Origin: Ignavibacteriota bacterium
Lineage (GTDB): Bacteria; Bacteroidota; Ignavibacteria; UBA10030; UBA6906
Direction: 5' to 3'
NCBI GenBank assembly: GCA_963801355.1
Contig: CAWDEM010000004.1
Coordinates: 1,344,001 to 1,408,000 of the forward strand
DNA: 64,000 bases
The position numbers were made by a program, and so were the translations under genes. Positions within the stretch are counted from its first letter, which is position 1. Each line of letters opens with the position of its first letter. Positions 1 through 10,707 of this stretch are shown here, piece after piece. The notes below the pieces were generated by a model. That model searched no databases, had not been told where the DNA came from, and saw nothing but the letters and a program-made list of their open reading frames with translations.

Positions 1-7
1 TGTCCCA

Positions 8-1906
8 TCAAAGTCCCTTCAGCACGCGCACATCTTCGTGCCGCTCGGTGAACCCATTCCTGTCCAGGTATTCCAGCAGGGGAACTACATACTTGCGTGT
101 CATTGCCAGATGCTGCCGGAGCTCACTGGTTGTGCCCTTGCCATGGATGCGCAGGTACTCGCCCAGACGTTTTTGTGCCTCTGTGATGCCGTTCCTGTGC
201 ATCAACAGGCCCTCTTCGAGGTGAATCAGATCCCCGCATTCCGTGATGTGTGTGACCAACTTCTCGGCGCCCTTCCCCAGTTCGGCCACAATTTCCCCGG
301 TATCAGGTGGTGTCAGCAGATTCGTGAGGTACTTCTGCAGAATCATGTCCCTGAGTCTTTTCTGGTCGGCGGAGAGGGATACGGTGTGCCCTTCACAAGC
401 GAGCTGCTCTCCATGTTTGACGATACGTGATTCTTTCAGGAGTTCGTCTACGATGATTGCGAGGAGCCGCTTGTCAATGGCCGGTTTGATGCGAGAAGCC
501 AATTCGGGGGCGGGGACACCCACGCGGAGAGGGTTCTCCTGATGAAAACGCGTCAGCGCATCCAGCACGTGCGTGCGGAGGGTCAGCTTGTTGCTGAGGG
601 CAAACCACGTCTTGCCTTCGAGGCAGAGCACGCAACGGCGCTCCTCGAGGACGTGGAGATACTGCAGGCATGTCTCCAGAGGGATCGCTGCTGTCCTAGC
701 AAGCTCAGCTGCGGTTACAGGTGCAACGGCAAATCGCTGGAGTTGCTGCAACACATGTTCTGCTGGGTCGCCTTTGACCGCCTGCTGCAGGCGTTCAAGC
801 ACATCGCCCTGGAATCTCCGGTGTTTTCCGGGCCTGACGTCCAGGACCGTCCCGCCTCCAAGAGTTTGAAGAGGCGAATAACTCCTGAGGACATACCGGT
901 CTCCATCGTCGGCCACGATGGGCCGCTCAAAGTGGAGCTGGACAAAACCCTCCTTCCCGGGCTTCAGCTCTTCCTGGTCGAGAAGGAGGACCCGTGCGAT
1001 GACTTCCGTAGTCCCCAAATGGATGCGGACGCGCGTGCGGTGCTGCAACGGCCCCGGTGCAGTGGCGAGGTAGAGAAGATGAGCATCCACCATGGACGTC
1101 GGGTGGTAGTATCCCGGGGTCCCAAGCACGTCGCCGCGTTCCACAACTTCACGTTCCAGCCCTTGCAGATTGACTGCCGTGCGAAGCCCAATGCTGCTTT
1201 CCTGGACGGTCTGATCGTGGACCTGGATTCCCCGAACGCGAAGAGGTCTGCCGATGGGGAGGAGTTCAACCGTGTCATCCACGCGGATACTGCCCGAAGC
1301 GATCGTTCCCGCGACTACCGTCCCGAAGCCCTTGATGGAGAAGACTCTGTCGATGGGCATCCGGAAGACCCCTTTGTCGGTCCGCTGGCGGACCAACCCG
1401 GCTTCCCGGAGGATGGCGCGGTGCAGCTCGTCTATGCCCTCTCCGGTCACGGCGCTCACCCTGTACAGAGGAGCTCCGCCGAGGAAAGTACCCTTCACCA
1501 GCTGCGCAATATCGGCGCTGACCAGGTCCAGCCACTCCGGTGCCACAATGTCCACCTTGTTCAGCGCTATCAGCCCGCGGGGAATCTTCAGGAGACGGAG
1601 GATTTCCAGATGCTCCCGGGTTTGAGGCATGACGCCGTCATCCGCCGCAACGACAAGAAGGGCAAAATCCACCCCGGTCACACCGGCCACCATGGTTTTG
1701 ACGAACCGCTCGTGTCCCGGGACGTCGATGATGGCCACCGAGTCTCCCAGGAATGCGAACCCGAGGTCGGTGGTCATCCCGCGTTCCTTCTCCTCTTTCA
1801 GGCGGTCCGTATCGATGCCGGTGAGCCTTTTGACAATTGCAGTCTTTCCGTGGTCGATATGTCCCGCCATGCCCATGACTACATGTCGTGTGTGAGGGCT
1901 ACCCAT
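8..1906 (-). CDS. selB: Selenocysteine-specific translation elongation factor SelB
   Basis: GHIDHGKT P-loop, [26 protein letters not shown], and C-terminal winged-helix [13 protein letters not shown]. Start moved to ATG 1906 (MGSPHTRH), overlapping the selA stop. Confidence 0.96.
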   Translation of the reverse strand: MGSPHTRHVVMGMAGHIDHGKTAIVKRLTGIDTDRLKEEKERGMTTDLGFAFLGDSVAIIDVPGHERFVKTMVAGVTGVDFALLVVAADDGVMPQTREHLEILRLLKIPRGLIALNKVDIVAPEWLDLVSADIAQLVKGTFLGGAPLYRVSAVTGEGIDELHRAILREAGLVRQRTDKGVFRMPIDRVFSIKGFGTVVAGTIASGSIRVDDTVELLPIGRPLRVRGIQVHDQTVQESSIGLRTAVNLQGLEREVVERGDVLGTPGYYHPTSMVDAHLLYLATAPGPLQHRTRVRIHLGTTEVIARVLLLDQEELKPGKEGFVQLHFERPIVADDGDRYVLRSYSPLQTLGGGTVLDVRPGKHRRFQGDVLERLQQAVKGDPAEHVLQQLQRFAVAPVTAAELARTAAIPLETCLQYLHVLEERRCVLCLEGKTWFALSNKLTLRTHVLDALTRFHQENPLRVGVPAPELASRIKPAIDKRLLAIIVDELLKESRIVKHGEQLACEGHTVSLSADQKRLRDMILQKYLTNLLTPPDTGEIVAELGKGAEKLVTHITECGDLIHLEEGLLMHRNGITEAQKRLGEYLRIHGKGTTSELRQHLAMTRKYVVPLLEYLDRNGFTERHEDVRVLKGL

Positions 1907-3305
1907 GGTGCACGACTTCCTGAAATGCCTTGGCAACGAGCTGCACGTCATCGTCGGCAATCGTTCTGCAGTCGAGCAGAAGTGATTGATCCCGTATGCG
2001 TCCGATGACCGGAGTGCTTGACAGGCGGAGCTCACGGGCAAGGCCGTCGGGCGACAGGCCCTCGATGGTGCACGCGACTACTGATGTCGGGAGGGTGGCT
2101 GCGGCGAGCGATCCGCTGCCTACTTCGGCGGTATCTTGTTCCACAGAACATTTCCCGCGGCTCCCAAGAATCGGGGTGAGGAGATCAAGCAGGTGCACAG
2201 CGCGGGCTTTCACGGTATCCTGTGACGCGGTGAGGGAACGGAACACAGGGTGCTCCCGCGCCAGACTGCCTTCATCAAGAAACAGACGGAGTGTCGCCTC
2301 CAGCACTGCAAATGTCATCTTGTCACATCGCAACACCCTGATGAGCTGGTTGCTTTTGAGACGGTCTACAAGTGCACGCTTACCGAGGATGATGCCGCAC
2401 TGGGGCCCGCCAAGAAGCTTGTCGCCACTGAAGCACACGAGGTCGGCCCCGCCGGCAATCGACTCCTGAACCATCGGTTCATGAGGCAGACCCCAGCGGC
2501 GGAGGTCAAGAAGGGCGCCACTGCCGAGGTCGTCGATGGCGATGAGGTTGTGCTGGTGTGCGAGCTCGGACAATTCGTGTATCGAAACCTGGCTGGTGAA
2601 GCCGACGATATGATAGTTGCTCTGGTGAACTTTCAGTATCACTGCGGTTTCGGGGGAGACGGCGGCCCGGTAGTCTTTAAGATGGGTACGATTCGTTGTG
2701 CCCACCTCAACAAGTCGTCCGCCGCTGCGTCGGAGGACATCAGGTATGCGGAAAGAGCCTCCGATCTCCACCAGCTCACCGCGTGACACAATGACTTCAC
2801 GCCCCTCCGCAAACGTGTTCAGTACCAGAAGTGTGGCCGCTGCGTTGTTATTTACGACAACGGCCGCTTCTGCTCCGGTGATCTTCCGGAGCAGATGCTC
2901 GACACTCCGGTAGCGGTCGCCGCGTTTGCCGGTGTCGAGATCCAGTTGCAGAGTGCAGTAGCTGCGGACTGCATCTGTCAGGGCGCGCTGCGCGCTGCGT
3001 GCCAGCGGGGCGCGCCCGAGGGCTGTATGAAGAATTACGCCGGTCGCATTGACGGCCTGCCGGACTCCCGGCAGGAGATTGCGTTGAGCCCGGTCCATGA
3101 TCTCGCCCAGGATCGCATCGTAGGAACCTACTGTTTGCAGGTGTCCGTCGCGGATGCGCTCGCGAAGACTCTCGAGGTATGTGCGGATTTCATCTGCCAC
3201 AAGTTCACGCGGATAGTGTTCCAGCAGAGGAGCCAGTCGCCCATCCTCGAGGAGGAGATCAACCTTGGGCAGCTGTTGAAACAGATCGTTCCGGGCCTCG
3301 CTCAT
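1899..3305 (-). CDS. selA: L-seryl-tRNA(Sec) selenium transferase SelA
   Basis: NATGVILHTALGRAP, VVNNNAAA, SRGELVEIGGSFRIPD, EVGTTNRT and the PLP lysine motif FSGDKLLGGPQ. Start taken at ATG 3305 (MSEARND). Confidence 0.97.
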   Translation of the reverse strand: MSEARNDLFQQLPKVDLLLEDGRLAPLLEHYPRELVADEIRTYLESLRERIRDGHLQTVGSYDAILGEIMDRAQRNLLPGVRQAVNATGVILHTALGRAPLARSAQRALTDAVRSYCTLQLDLDTGKRGDRYRSVEHLLRKITGAEAAVVVNNNAAATLLVLNTFAEGREVIVSRGELVEIGGSFRIPDVLRRSGGRLVEVGTTNRTHLKDYRAAVSPETAVILKVHQSNYHIVGFTSQVSIHELSELAHQHNLIAIDDLGSGALLDLRRWGLPHEPMVQESIAGGADLVCFSGDKLLGGPQCGIILGKRALVDRLKSNQLIRVLRCDKMTFAVLEATLRLFLDEGSLAREHPVFRSLTASQDTVKARAVHLLDLLTPILGSRGKCSVEQDTAEVGSGSLAAATLPTSVVACTIEGLSPDGLARELRLSSTPVIGRIRDQSLLLDCRTIADDDVQLVAKAFQEVVHHG

Positions 3306-4197
3306 GAGAAATGCCCCAGGTGACGGAGACATGTTTGCACACCGTACACTTCAAGCAACGGATACAGTCGGGCGAATTCGGATCATCCGAAATTTTGATG
3401 TCCACCGGGCAGACCTTCACGCAGAGATCGCAGTCCGCGCATTTGCCTTCGACATGCATGCGCATAAGACTGACACGATTGAAGTAGGCATAGATTGCGC
3501 CCAGCGGGCAGAGTGCGCGGCAGAAAGGTCGTTTGATCAGGATGAACAAGACGAGGAAGATGCCGAGAATAGACAACTTCAGGACATAGAGCCATCCCAC
3601 CATATCGGGTTCGATCACCGGGGCTCCCAATGCAGGATCGACAGGGTTCCAGAGCATCCAGGGAATCCCGGCGATGAGTGTCCCCCAGGGGCAGATGCGG
3701 GAGAACCAGTGGTCCTCTGTGAGCAGGGGGAGGAGAATTGCGAGGACGGCGAGCGAAAGAAACTTGCCGGATTTGAAGAATCGGGGCAGGCGTAACTTCA
3801 CACTCGGGATCTTGTGGATGGTGTCCTGAAGCCAGCCGAAGGGACAGAGCCATCCACACGCCGCGCGTCCGAACAACATGCCAATTGAACCGAGCATGCC
3901 GAGCAGGAAGAACGGCACTTGCCTGATTGCGACAAACGACTGCAGGATACCGATGGGGCAGGCCATGAAGGCTGACGGACAGGCGTGACAATTCAGAAAG
4001 GGCACACACCCCTGTTTGAGGGGGCCCGCATAGATCTGCTTGGTGAACGCGACGGGGTAGTAACCGTTGGAGAGGATGAGGCCGATGCCCACAACAATGA
4101 AGAGCCGGATCTTACGGAGTCTGGAGTAGAGCGGCCTGCTCTCTCTGGTTGTTGCGGGATGTTCCGGGATCAACTGATCCCGATGCAGTCCAGTCAT
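3259..4197 (-). CDS. Membrane 4Fe-4S-binding protein (NapH/YccM/RdxA-like polyferredoxin)
   Basis: Several TM segments with NCHACP..ACPIG, CGWLCPFG and FCRALCPLG motifs, plus C-terminal CADCDLCVKVCP and CIRCLKC ferredoxin motifs. Start is ATG 4197 or TTG 4173. Confidence 0.88.
   Translation of the reverse strand: MTGLHRDQLIPEHPATTRESRPLYSRLRKIRLFIVVGIGLILSNGYYPVAFTKQIYAGPLKQGCVPFLNCHACPSAFMACPIGILQSFVAIRQVPFFLLGMLGSIGMLFGRAACGWLCPFGWLQDTIHKIPSVKLRLPRFFKSGKFLSLAVLAILLPLLTEDHWFSRICPWGTLIAGIPWMLWNPVDPALGAPVIEPDMVGWLYVLKLSILGIFLVLFILIKRPFCRALCPLGAIYAYFNRVSLMRMHVEGKCADCDLCVKVCPVDIKISDDPNSPDCIRCLKCTVCKHVSVTWGISHERGPERSVSTAAQG
4165..4182 (-). promoter_or_regulatory. Bacterial SECIS-like hairpin
   Basis: CGGGAUC-AGUU-GAUCCCG is a perfect 7-bp stem starting 11 nt after the UGA, with GU at loop positions 2-3. 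Confidence 0.8.
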
Positions 4198-4328
4198 AGC
4201 GTGGCGCTTTCGATGCGGATCAACGTCAAGTCTCCGCCCACGATTCCCAGCGCCAGCAACGTGATGAAGAGCAGCATCAGGACGATGCGCACTCCCCAGT
4301 GCACGAGCAAAAGGCCGGCCATCTTCAT
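4170..4328 (-). CDS. Small membrane selenoprotein, UxxC form of the CD1871A-like CxxC peptide family (52 aa, Sec at TGA 4196-4194)
   Basis: Reading through the TGA gives [52 protein letters not shown], then TGA. This matches the C-L-x-C-I-G-I C-terminus of small CxxC peptides found before such 4Fe-4S genes. A SECIS-like hairpin and selA/selB lie downstream. Confidence 0.85.
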
Positions 4329-4352
4329 GGCGATCTCGCTCTGTGTGGAGGA

Positions 4353-4381
4353 AAAGTACGAAACGGCAAATACACACGCAA
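4353..4381 (-). promoter_or_regulatory. Sigma70-type promoter of the selenoprotein-4Fe-4S-selA-selB operon
   Basis: TTGCGT, 17 nt, TACTTT on the minus strand; predicted transcription start about 18 nt before ATG 4328. Confidence 0.55.
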
Positions 4382-4453
4382 GTTGCATCTTGTTGCGGCC
4401 TTCCGCACTTTATTATAGAGAACAGACCCTTTCACATGGGCGGGCCAATTTCG

Positions 4454-6487
4454 ATGCCATTTACGCTCATTTCCGACTATTCGCCGTCGGGTGACCAGCC
4501 GGATGCAATCCGCCAGTTGAAAGAAGGCGTGATGCGCGGTGACAAACACCAGACCCTCCTGGGTGTGACCGGCAGCGGCAAGACATTTACCATCTCCAAC
4601 GTCATTGCACAGTTGGACAAGCCGATCCTCGTTCTGTCGCACAACAAGACTCTTGCGGCGCAGCTGTACGGCGAATTCAAGAATTTCTTCCCGCGAGACC
4701 GTGTGGAGTTCTTCATCAGCTACTACGACTACTACCAGCCGGAGGCGTACGTCCCCTCCACGGATACGTACATCGCCAAGGATGCTTCCATCAACGATGA
4801 AATTGACAGGCTCAGACTGCGGGCGACCAGCGCATTGTTGAGCGGTGACCGGAACGTCCTTGTGGTGGCTTCGGTGAGTTGCATCTACGGCATCGGCGCG
4901 CCGGAGGAATGGGCAAGCCAGATTGTCGTGGTGCGGAAAGGTGAAAGGATCGACCGGAACACGCTTCTGCGCAAGCTCTTGAATATCTTCTACATGCGAA
5001 ACGACTTCGAGTTTGTCCGTGGCACCATGCGCGTGCGGGGCGACGTGGTGGAGGTCATACCGGCGTACGAGAACGAAGAGGCGGTGCGCATATCGTTCTT
5101 CGGCGATCAAATCGAACGCATTTCCTACATCAACAAACTCGACGGAAAAGTGCTGGGAGACACGGACTATGAGGTCATCTATCCGGCAAAACAATTCGTG
5201 ACCTCGCGGGAAACCATAGACGAGGCGGTCAAAGGCATTGAAATCGAGCTCGAAGAGCGGCTCGCGGAACTTCGCACCCTCAACAAACTGCTTGAGGCAC
5301 AGCGTCTCGAACAACGCACCCGGTTTGATCTCGAAATGATGAAAGAAGTGGGGTACTGTTCCGGGATTGAGAACTACTCCCGGCACCTTGCCGGAAGGCC
5401 GCCGGGCTCGCGGCCGGCGTGTCTGCTGGACTATTTCCCCAAGGACTATCTGGTTGTGGTGGATGAGTCGCATGTCACGATTCCGCAAATCGGGGGCATG
5501 TATCACGGCGATCGCTCGCGCAAGGTGACACTCGTCGAACACGGCTTCCGGCTTCCGTCCGCCCTTGACAACCGTCCGCTGACCTTTGACGAATGGGAAC
5601 ACCTGGTTCCCCAGGTCATCTATGTGAGTGCGACACCGGCCGACTATGAACTGGCGAAGAGCAAAGGCGTCGTGGTCGAACAGGTCATTCGTCCGACGGG
5701 ATTGATTGATCCCTCCGTGGACATCCGGCCCGTAAAAAATCAGATCGACGACCTGATTGCGGAGATCCGCACGCGGGCGGCCACGAAGGAACGCGTCCTC
5801 GTGACCACACTCACAAAGCGCATGGCGGAAGACCTCACGGACTACCTGACCGAAATCGGCATTCAGGTGCGGTACATCCACTCCGAGGTGGATGCGCTGG
5901 AGCGCGTAGAGATCCTCCGGGATCTTCGGCTCGGCGACTTTGATGTACTGGTGGGAGTGAACCTGCTGCGCGAGGGACTTGATCTCCCTGAGGTCTCCCT
6001 GGTGGCGATTCTGGACGCAGACAAGGAGGGGTTCTTGCGGTCCGAACGATCGCTCATACAGACCGCCGGGCGCACGGCCCGGAACGTCAACGGCCGTGTC
6101 ATCATGTATGCCGACAAGATCACCGGTTCGATGCAGCGCATGATCGATGAAACAAACCGGCGGCGGGAACGACAGGTGGCCTACAACACCGAGCATGGCA
6201 TCAACCCGGCGACTATTTTCAAATCGGTGAATGACGTGCTTGCCTCAACCGCGGTCGCCGATGTCAAGGCACAACGCGATGCCCGGCGCGAGCGCTCGAA
6301 GATGCCGAAAGTCGCCGAACAGGTTGTCCGCTATCTCACACCCGACCAGCGTGCCGACCTGATCGATGAGTTGCGGAAGGAAATGCAACAGTCGGCTAAA
6401 GACCTGGAGTTTGAGCGCGCGGCAAACCTCCGTGACGAGATCCAGAAACTGGAAGCCCTGCAGGGTTCGAAGCACAAAATGGACTAG
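4454..6487 (+). CDS. uvrB: Excinuclease ABC subunit B
   Basis: [44 protein letters not shown] and C-terminal UVR domain. Start at ATG 4454. Confidence 0.98.
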   Translation: MPFTLISDYSPSGDQPDAIRQLKEGVMRGDKHQTLLGVTGSGKTFTISNVIAQLDKPILVLSHNKTLAAQLYGEFKNFFPRDRVEFFISYYDYYQPEAYVPSTDTYIAKDASINDEIDRLRLRATSALLSGDRNVLVVASVSCIYGIGAPEEWASQIVVVRKGERIDRNTLLRKLLNIFYMRNDFEFVRGTMRVRGDVVEVIPAYENEEAVRISFFGDQIERISYINKLDGKVLGDTDYEVIYPAKQFVTSRETIDEAVKGIEIELEERLAELRTLNKLLEAQRLEQRTRFDLEMMKEVGYCSGIENYSRHLAGRPPGSRPACLLDYFPKDYLVVVDESHVTIPQIGGMYHGDRSRKVTLVEHGFRLPSALDNRPLTFDEWEHLVPQVIYVSATPADYELAKSKGVVVEQVIRPTGLIDPSVDIRPVKNQIDDLIAEIRTRAATKERVLVTTLTKRMAEDLTDYLTEIGIQVRYIHSEVDALERVEILRDLRLGDFDVLVGVNLLREGLDLPEVSLVAILDADKEGFLRSERSLIQTAGRTARNVNGRVIMYADKITGSMQRMIDETNRRRERQVAYNTEHGINPATIFKSVNDVLASTAVADVKAQRDARRERSKMPKVAEQVVRYLTPDQRADLIDELRKEMQQSAKDLEFERAANLRDEIQKLEALQGSKHKMD

Positions 6488-6548
6488 CGTTACCGCAAAA
6501 TTCTCCGTTCCGGGGTACTAATGGGAGAAATAGGAACGGAGGTATGCG

Positions 6549-7277
6549 ATGAACAGCGGTATTGCACGGGTCGGCGTTCTCATCGGGGAGTTTGCCGACT
6601 TTCTTTTCCCACCTCTGTGCTATGGTTGCGGTTCTCTCCTCCCCCCACGGTTTAAGATACTCTGTCCCGCGTGCATCGCCCCGTTACAGGCTCTCGACGC
6701 TGCAGACCCTCTGTACCTCCTGGCACGCGAACGGCTCTGTGCCGACGGCCTGGTAGACGATCTGGTGTCCCTCTACAGGTTCGAGAAAGGCCACGAGTTG
6801 CAGATGCTTCTGCACCAGCTGAAGTACCGGGGCTCCGCAGGCATCGGCCGGTGGTTCGGGGAGCAGGTTGGCAACGCCGTTCGGAGCTCGGCGCATCCCG
6901 GCCGATTCAATGCAATCATCCCGGTGCCGTTGCACAAGGCGAAGAAGCGGGAGCGGGGATACAATCAGAGCGAGCAGATCGCGAGGGGGATGGCGAAAGC
7001 TCTGGGGCTGCGGGTGAGACCGGATGTGGTCAGGAGGGTTCGCTACACTTCCACGCAGACCGCCCTGGATAGCGATGCGCGAAAAGCCAACATGGAAGGT
7101 GCGTTCGCGGTGATGCCGGGGCGGATCGAGGCAATCCGGGACAGGGGGGTCTTGCTCGTGGACGACGTGATCACCACGGGGGCCACCCTGGGTGCCTGCG
7201 CGATGGCTCTGCGGCGTGCAGGCGCCCGGCAGATCGTTGCGTGCTCGGTGGGAGTAGCCGACCGGAGGAATCTGTAA
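6549..7277 (+). CDS. comF: ComF family amidophosphoribosyltransferase-like protein
   Basis: N-terminal CYGC..CPAC zinc ribbon, RGYNQS and LLVDDVITTGATL PRPP motif; GGAGG SD. Confidence 0.9.
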   Translation: MNSGIARVGVLIGEFADFLFPPLCYGCGSLLPPRFKILCPACIAPLQALDAADPLYLLARERLCADGLVDDLVSLYRFEKGHELQMLLHQLKYRGSAGIGRWFGEQVGNAVRSSAHPGRFNAIIPVPLHKAKKRERGYNQSEQIARGMAKALGLRVRPDVVRRVRYTSTQTALDSDARKANMEGAFAVMPGRIEAIRDRGVLLVDDVITTGATLGACAMALRRAGARQIVACSVGVADRRNL

Positions 7278-7278
7278 G

Positions 7279-7337
7279 ATGAAAGGGTCATGAATGAAAG
7301 GGTCATGAATGGAAGGGTTGAATGAATGAAAGGGTTG
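7279..7337 (+). repeat. Imperfect tandem repeat, about 4 copies of ATGAAAGGGT(C/T)-ATGA (about 15 bp)
   Basis: atgaaagggtcatga / atgaaagggtcatga / atggaagggttgaatga / atgaaagggttg read directly. Confidence 0.85.
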
Positions 7338-7347
7338 CGCAGTTTTC

Positions 7348-7376
7348 TTGACAATGAGGCGCAACGTTGCTAAATT
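7348..7376 (+). promoter_or_regulatory. Strong sigma70-type promoter of gap
   Basis: TTGACA, 17 nt, TAAATT with an extended -10 TG. Confidence 0.75.
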
Positions 7377-7378
7377 AA

Positions 7379-8431
<1,053 letters not shown>

Positions 8432-8449
8432 GTGGTGTTGCATGATCAC

Positions 8450-8493
8450 GCGGCTGCCGTGTCCCCTACGGAAACGGTGGCCGCATTTTTTTT
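8450..8493 (+). terminator. Intrinsic terminator between gap and pgk
   Basis: GCGGCTGCCGT...ACGGTGGCCGC stem (with G-U pairs) followed by T8. Confidence 0.75.
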
Positions 8494-8511
8494 CAACAAG
8501 GACCAAACGCC

Positions 8512-9708
8512 ATGACCACGAAAACGATTGACGATCTGAGTCTCCGCGGCAAAAAGGTGCTCGTCCGCGTCGATTTCAATGTCCCCATGACGTCCGATCT
8601 GAAGGTCTCCGACGACAAACGCATCATCGAATCCCTCCCGACCATCAGGAAGATACTCGCGGACGGTGGAGCAGTGATCCTCATGAGCCATCTCGGACGG
8701 CCGAAAGGGAAACCCACGCCCGAGTTCTCTCTGCGGCCCGTGGCCGCACACCTTGCTACGGTGCTGGGCAGGGAGGTGAAATTCGCAGACGATTGCATCG
8801 GCAAGCCAGCACACGCCGCAGCCGATGCCCTGAAGCCGGGTGATGTCCTCTTGCTTGAGAACCTCCGTTTCCACGGCGAAGAAGAAAAGAACGACGAAGG
8901 ATTCGCCAGGGAGCTGGCCTCACTGGGCGATGTGTTCGTGAACGATGCATTCGGGACGGCACATCGCGCGCATGCATCCACGGAAGGAGTCACGCGATTC
9001 CTGAAACCGGCGGTTGCGGGGTACCTGATGAAGAAGGAAATCGATTACCTGACCAAGGCCGTGAGCAACCCCGAGCGCCCCTATGTGGCAATTCTGGGCG
9101 GGGCGAAGATCTCCGGGAAAATCGACGTCATTCAGAACCTCCTGCCCAAAATCGATGCACTCGTTGTCGGCGGCGGCATGGCGTTCACGTTCTTCCGGGC
9201 TCAGGAAATGGAAGTAGGCGACTCTCTCGTCGAGCAGGAAAAGATACTCCTTGCGAAGCAAATCCTGGATGAGGCCAAGACCAAGCACATGCGGCTGATA
9301 CTGCCGGTGGATTGCGTCGTGGCGGACAGATTCGACAATGACGCGCAGCGCAAGGTCGTGCCCGTCAACAAGATTCCGCCGGGATGGCGGGGGCTCGATA
9401 TCGGTCCGGAAACGGTGAAGATCATCAATATGGAACTGCGCCGGGCGAAGACGATCGTGTGGAACGGTCCGATGGGAGTGTTCGAAATGCCCAACTTTGC
9501 CAACGGTACTATGGAAGTCGCCAAGCTGCTCGTTGATGCAACACGCAACGGGGCGACGACCATTGTCGGAGGCGGGGATTCCGCGGCAGCGATTGCGCAA
9601 GCGGGTTATGAGAAAGAAGTGTCGCATGTGTCCACCGGAGGCGGGGCATCCCTCGAATTCCTCGAAGGGAAGATCCTTCCGGGACTGGCCGCGCTCGACA
9701 CGAAGTGA
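8512..9708 (+). CDS. pgk: Phosphoglycerate kinase
   Basis: [42 protein letters not shown]. Confidence 0.98.
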   Translation: MTTKTIDDLSLRGKKVLVRVDFNVPMTSDLKVSDDKRIIESLPTIRKILADGGAVILMSHLGRPKGKPTPEFSLRPVAAHLATVLGREVKFADDCIGKPAHAAADALKPGDVLLLENLRFHGEEEKNDEGFARELASLGDVFVNDAFGTAHRAHASTEGVTRFLKPAVAGYLMKKEIDYLTKAVSNPERPYVAILGGAKISGKIDVIQNLLPKIDALVVGGGMAFTFFRAQEMEVGDSLVEQEKILLAKQILDEAKTKHMRLILPVDCVVADRFDNDAQRKVVPVNKIPPGWRGLDIGPETVKIINMELRRAKTIVWNGPMGVFEMPNFANGTMEVAKLLVDATRNGATTIVGGGDSAAAIAQAGYEKEVSHVSTGGGASLEFLEGKILPGLAALDTK

Positions 9709-9756
9709 ACCGGCCGCGCGCGCGAGGTGTTATTCCGTAGATGAAGGAACAGGACG

Positions 9757-10695
9757 ATGGCGTACTACAACCCCGGTGATTCTGGCGGCTCCTACCGGCC
9801 ACGGTTTGGCGGGTTCAGCGTCTTTCCGCCTGTCATCAAAGGTCTCATTCTCTCGAACGTCATTGTCTGGTTGCTCTTCGACTTTCTGCTGCGGTCGTTC
9901 ACATATTCGGGTATTCCCATCTTTGAGGTTCTTGCCGGGTATCTGGCGCTCTGGCCGATCGGAACCCATTTCTACCCCTGGCAGCTCTTGACCTACATGT
10001 TCATGCATGCCGGGTTCCTGCACATCTTCTTCAATATGCTGGCGCTCTGGATGTTCGGCATGGAGCTTGAGAATGTCTGGGGCTCAAAGAAGTTCCTGAT
10101 CTACTACTTGATGTGCGGGATAGGCGGCGGTCTGTCGAATCTTCTCGTCGGGCTGATCATGGGACAGGGCGCACCCACGGTGGGTGCTTCGGGTGCGGTC
10201 TTCGGTGTGCTGCTGGCGTTCGGTATGCTGTTCCCCGACCGTCTGATCTACATCTATTTTTTCCTGCCGATCCGGGCCAAGTACATGGTGATCCTCTGGA
10301 TCGGTCTGGAACTCATGTATGGTGTCACCGGCACAACAGACGGCGTCGCGCACTTCGCACATCTGGGTGGAGCCTTCGTGGGTTTCATCTTCATGGCGGT
10401 GGACCTGAATCTTATCCCCGTCCGGCGCTGGTTTGAGGGCCTCACCGGCCGGCAACACAATGTTCCCTCCTACAGGGATTCCGGGCGGGTCCGCCGGATG
10501 GATGCGCCGGTCCGGGACGCGGAGTTCCTCGATATTCAGACCGGCCGCCCTGCAAACCGCGACCGCAGCAGCTCCCGGGAGGTCACACAGGAAGCGATTG
10601 ATGCGATTCTCGACAAGATCAGTTCAGGCGGCTACCAGAGCCTGACCGATGAAGAGAAGAGCATGCTGAACGAAGCCAGCAAGCGGATTCATTGA
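9757..10695 (+). CDS. Rhomboid family intramembrane serine protease with C-terminal cytoplasmic tail
   Basis: HIFFNM, catalytic Ser in GASGA, catalytic His in AHFAHLGG, and C-terminal IDAILDKISSGGYQSLT motif. Confidence 0.93.
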   Translation: MAYYNPGDSGGSYRPRFGGFSVFPPVIKGLILSNVIVWLLFDFLLRSFTYSGIPIFEVLAGYLALWPIGTHFYPWQLLTYMFMHAGFLHIFFNMLALWMFGMELENVWGSKKFLIYYLMCGIGGGLSNLLVGLIMGQGAPTVGASGAVFGVLLAFGMLFPDRLIYIYFFLPIRAKYMVILWIGLELMYGVTGTTDGVAHFAHLGGAFVGFIFMAVDLNLIPVRRWFEGLTGRQHNVPSYRDSGRVRRMDAPVRDAEFLDIQTGRPANRDRSSSREVTQEAIDAILDKISSGGYQSLTDEEKSMLNEASKRIH

Positions 10696-10707
10696 CATAC
10701 AGGTCCC

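Noticed and set aside
4198-4388. Long N-terminal extensions listed for ORFs 3259..4377 and 4194..4388
   Set aside because: They start within or upstream of the predicted promoter (4353-4381), and the 4Fe-4S extension merely overlaps the small selenoprotein gene in another frame.
542-6196. Long antisense ORFs such as 542..2008 (+) and 4325..6196 (-), and similar ones opposite smc, ppdK and recG
   Set aside because: These are shadow frames of well-supported genes in GC-rich DNA, with no recognisable motifs.
7279-7337. Tandem repeats as a possible CRISPR array
   Set aside because: The units are about 15 bp and adjacent, with no unique spacers and no cas genes.
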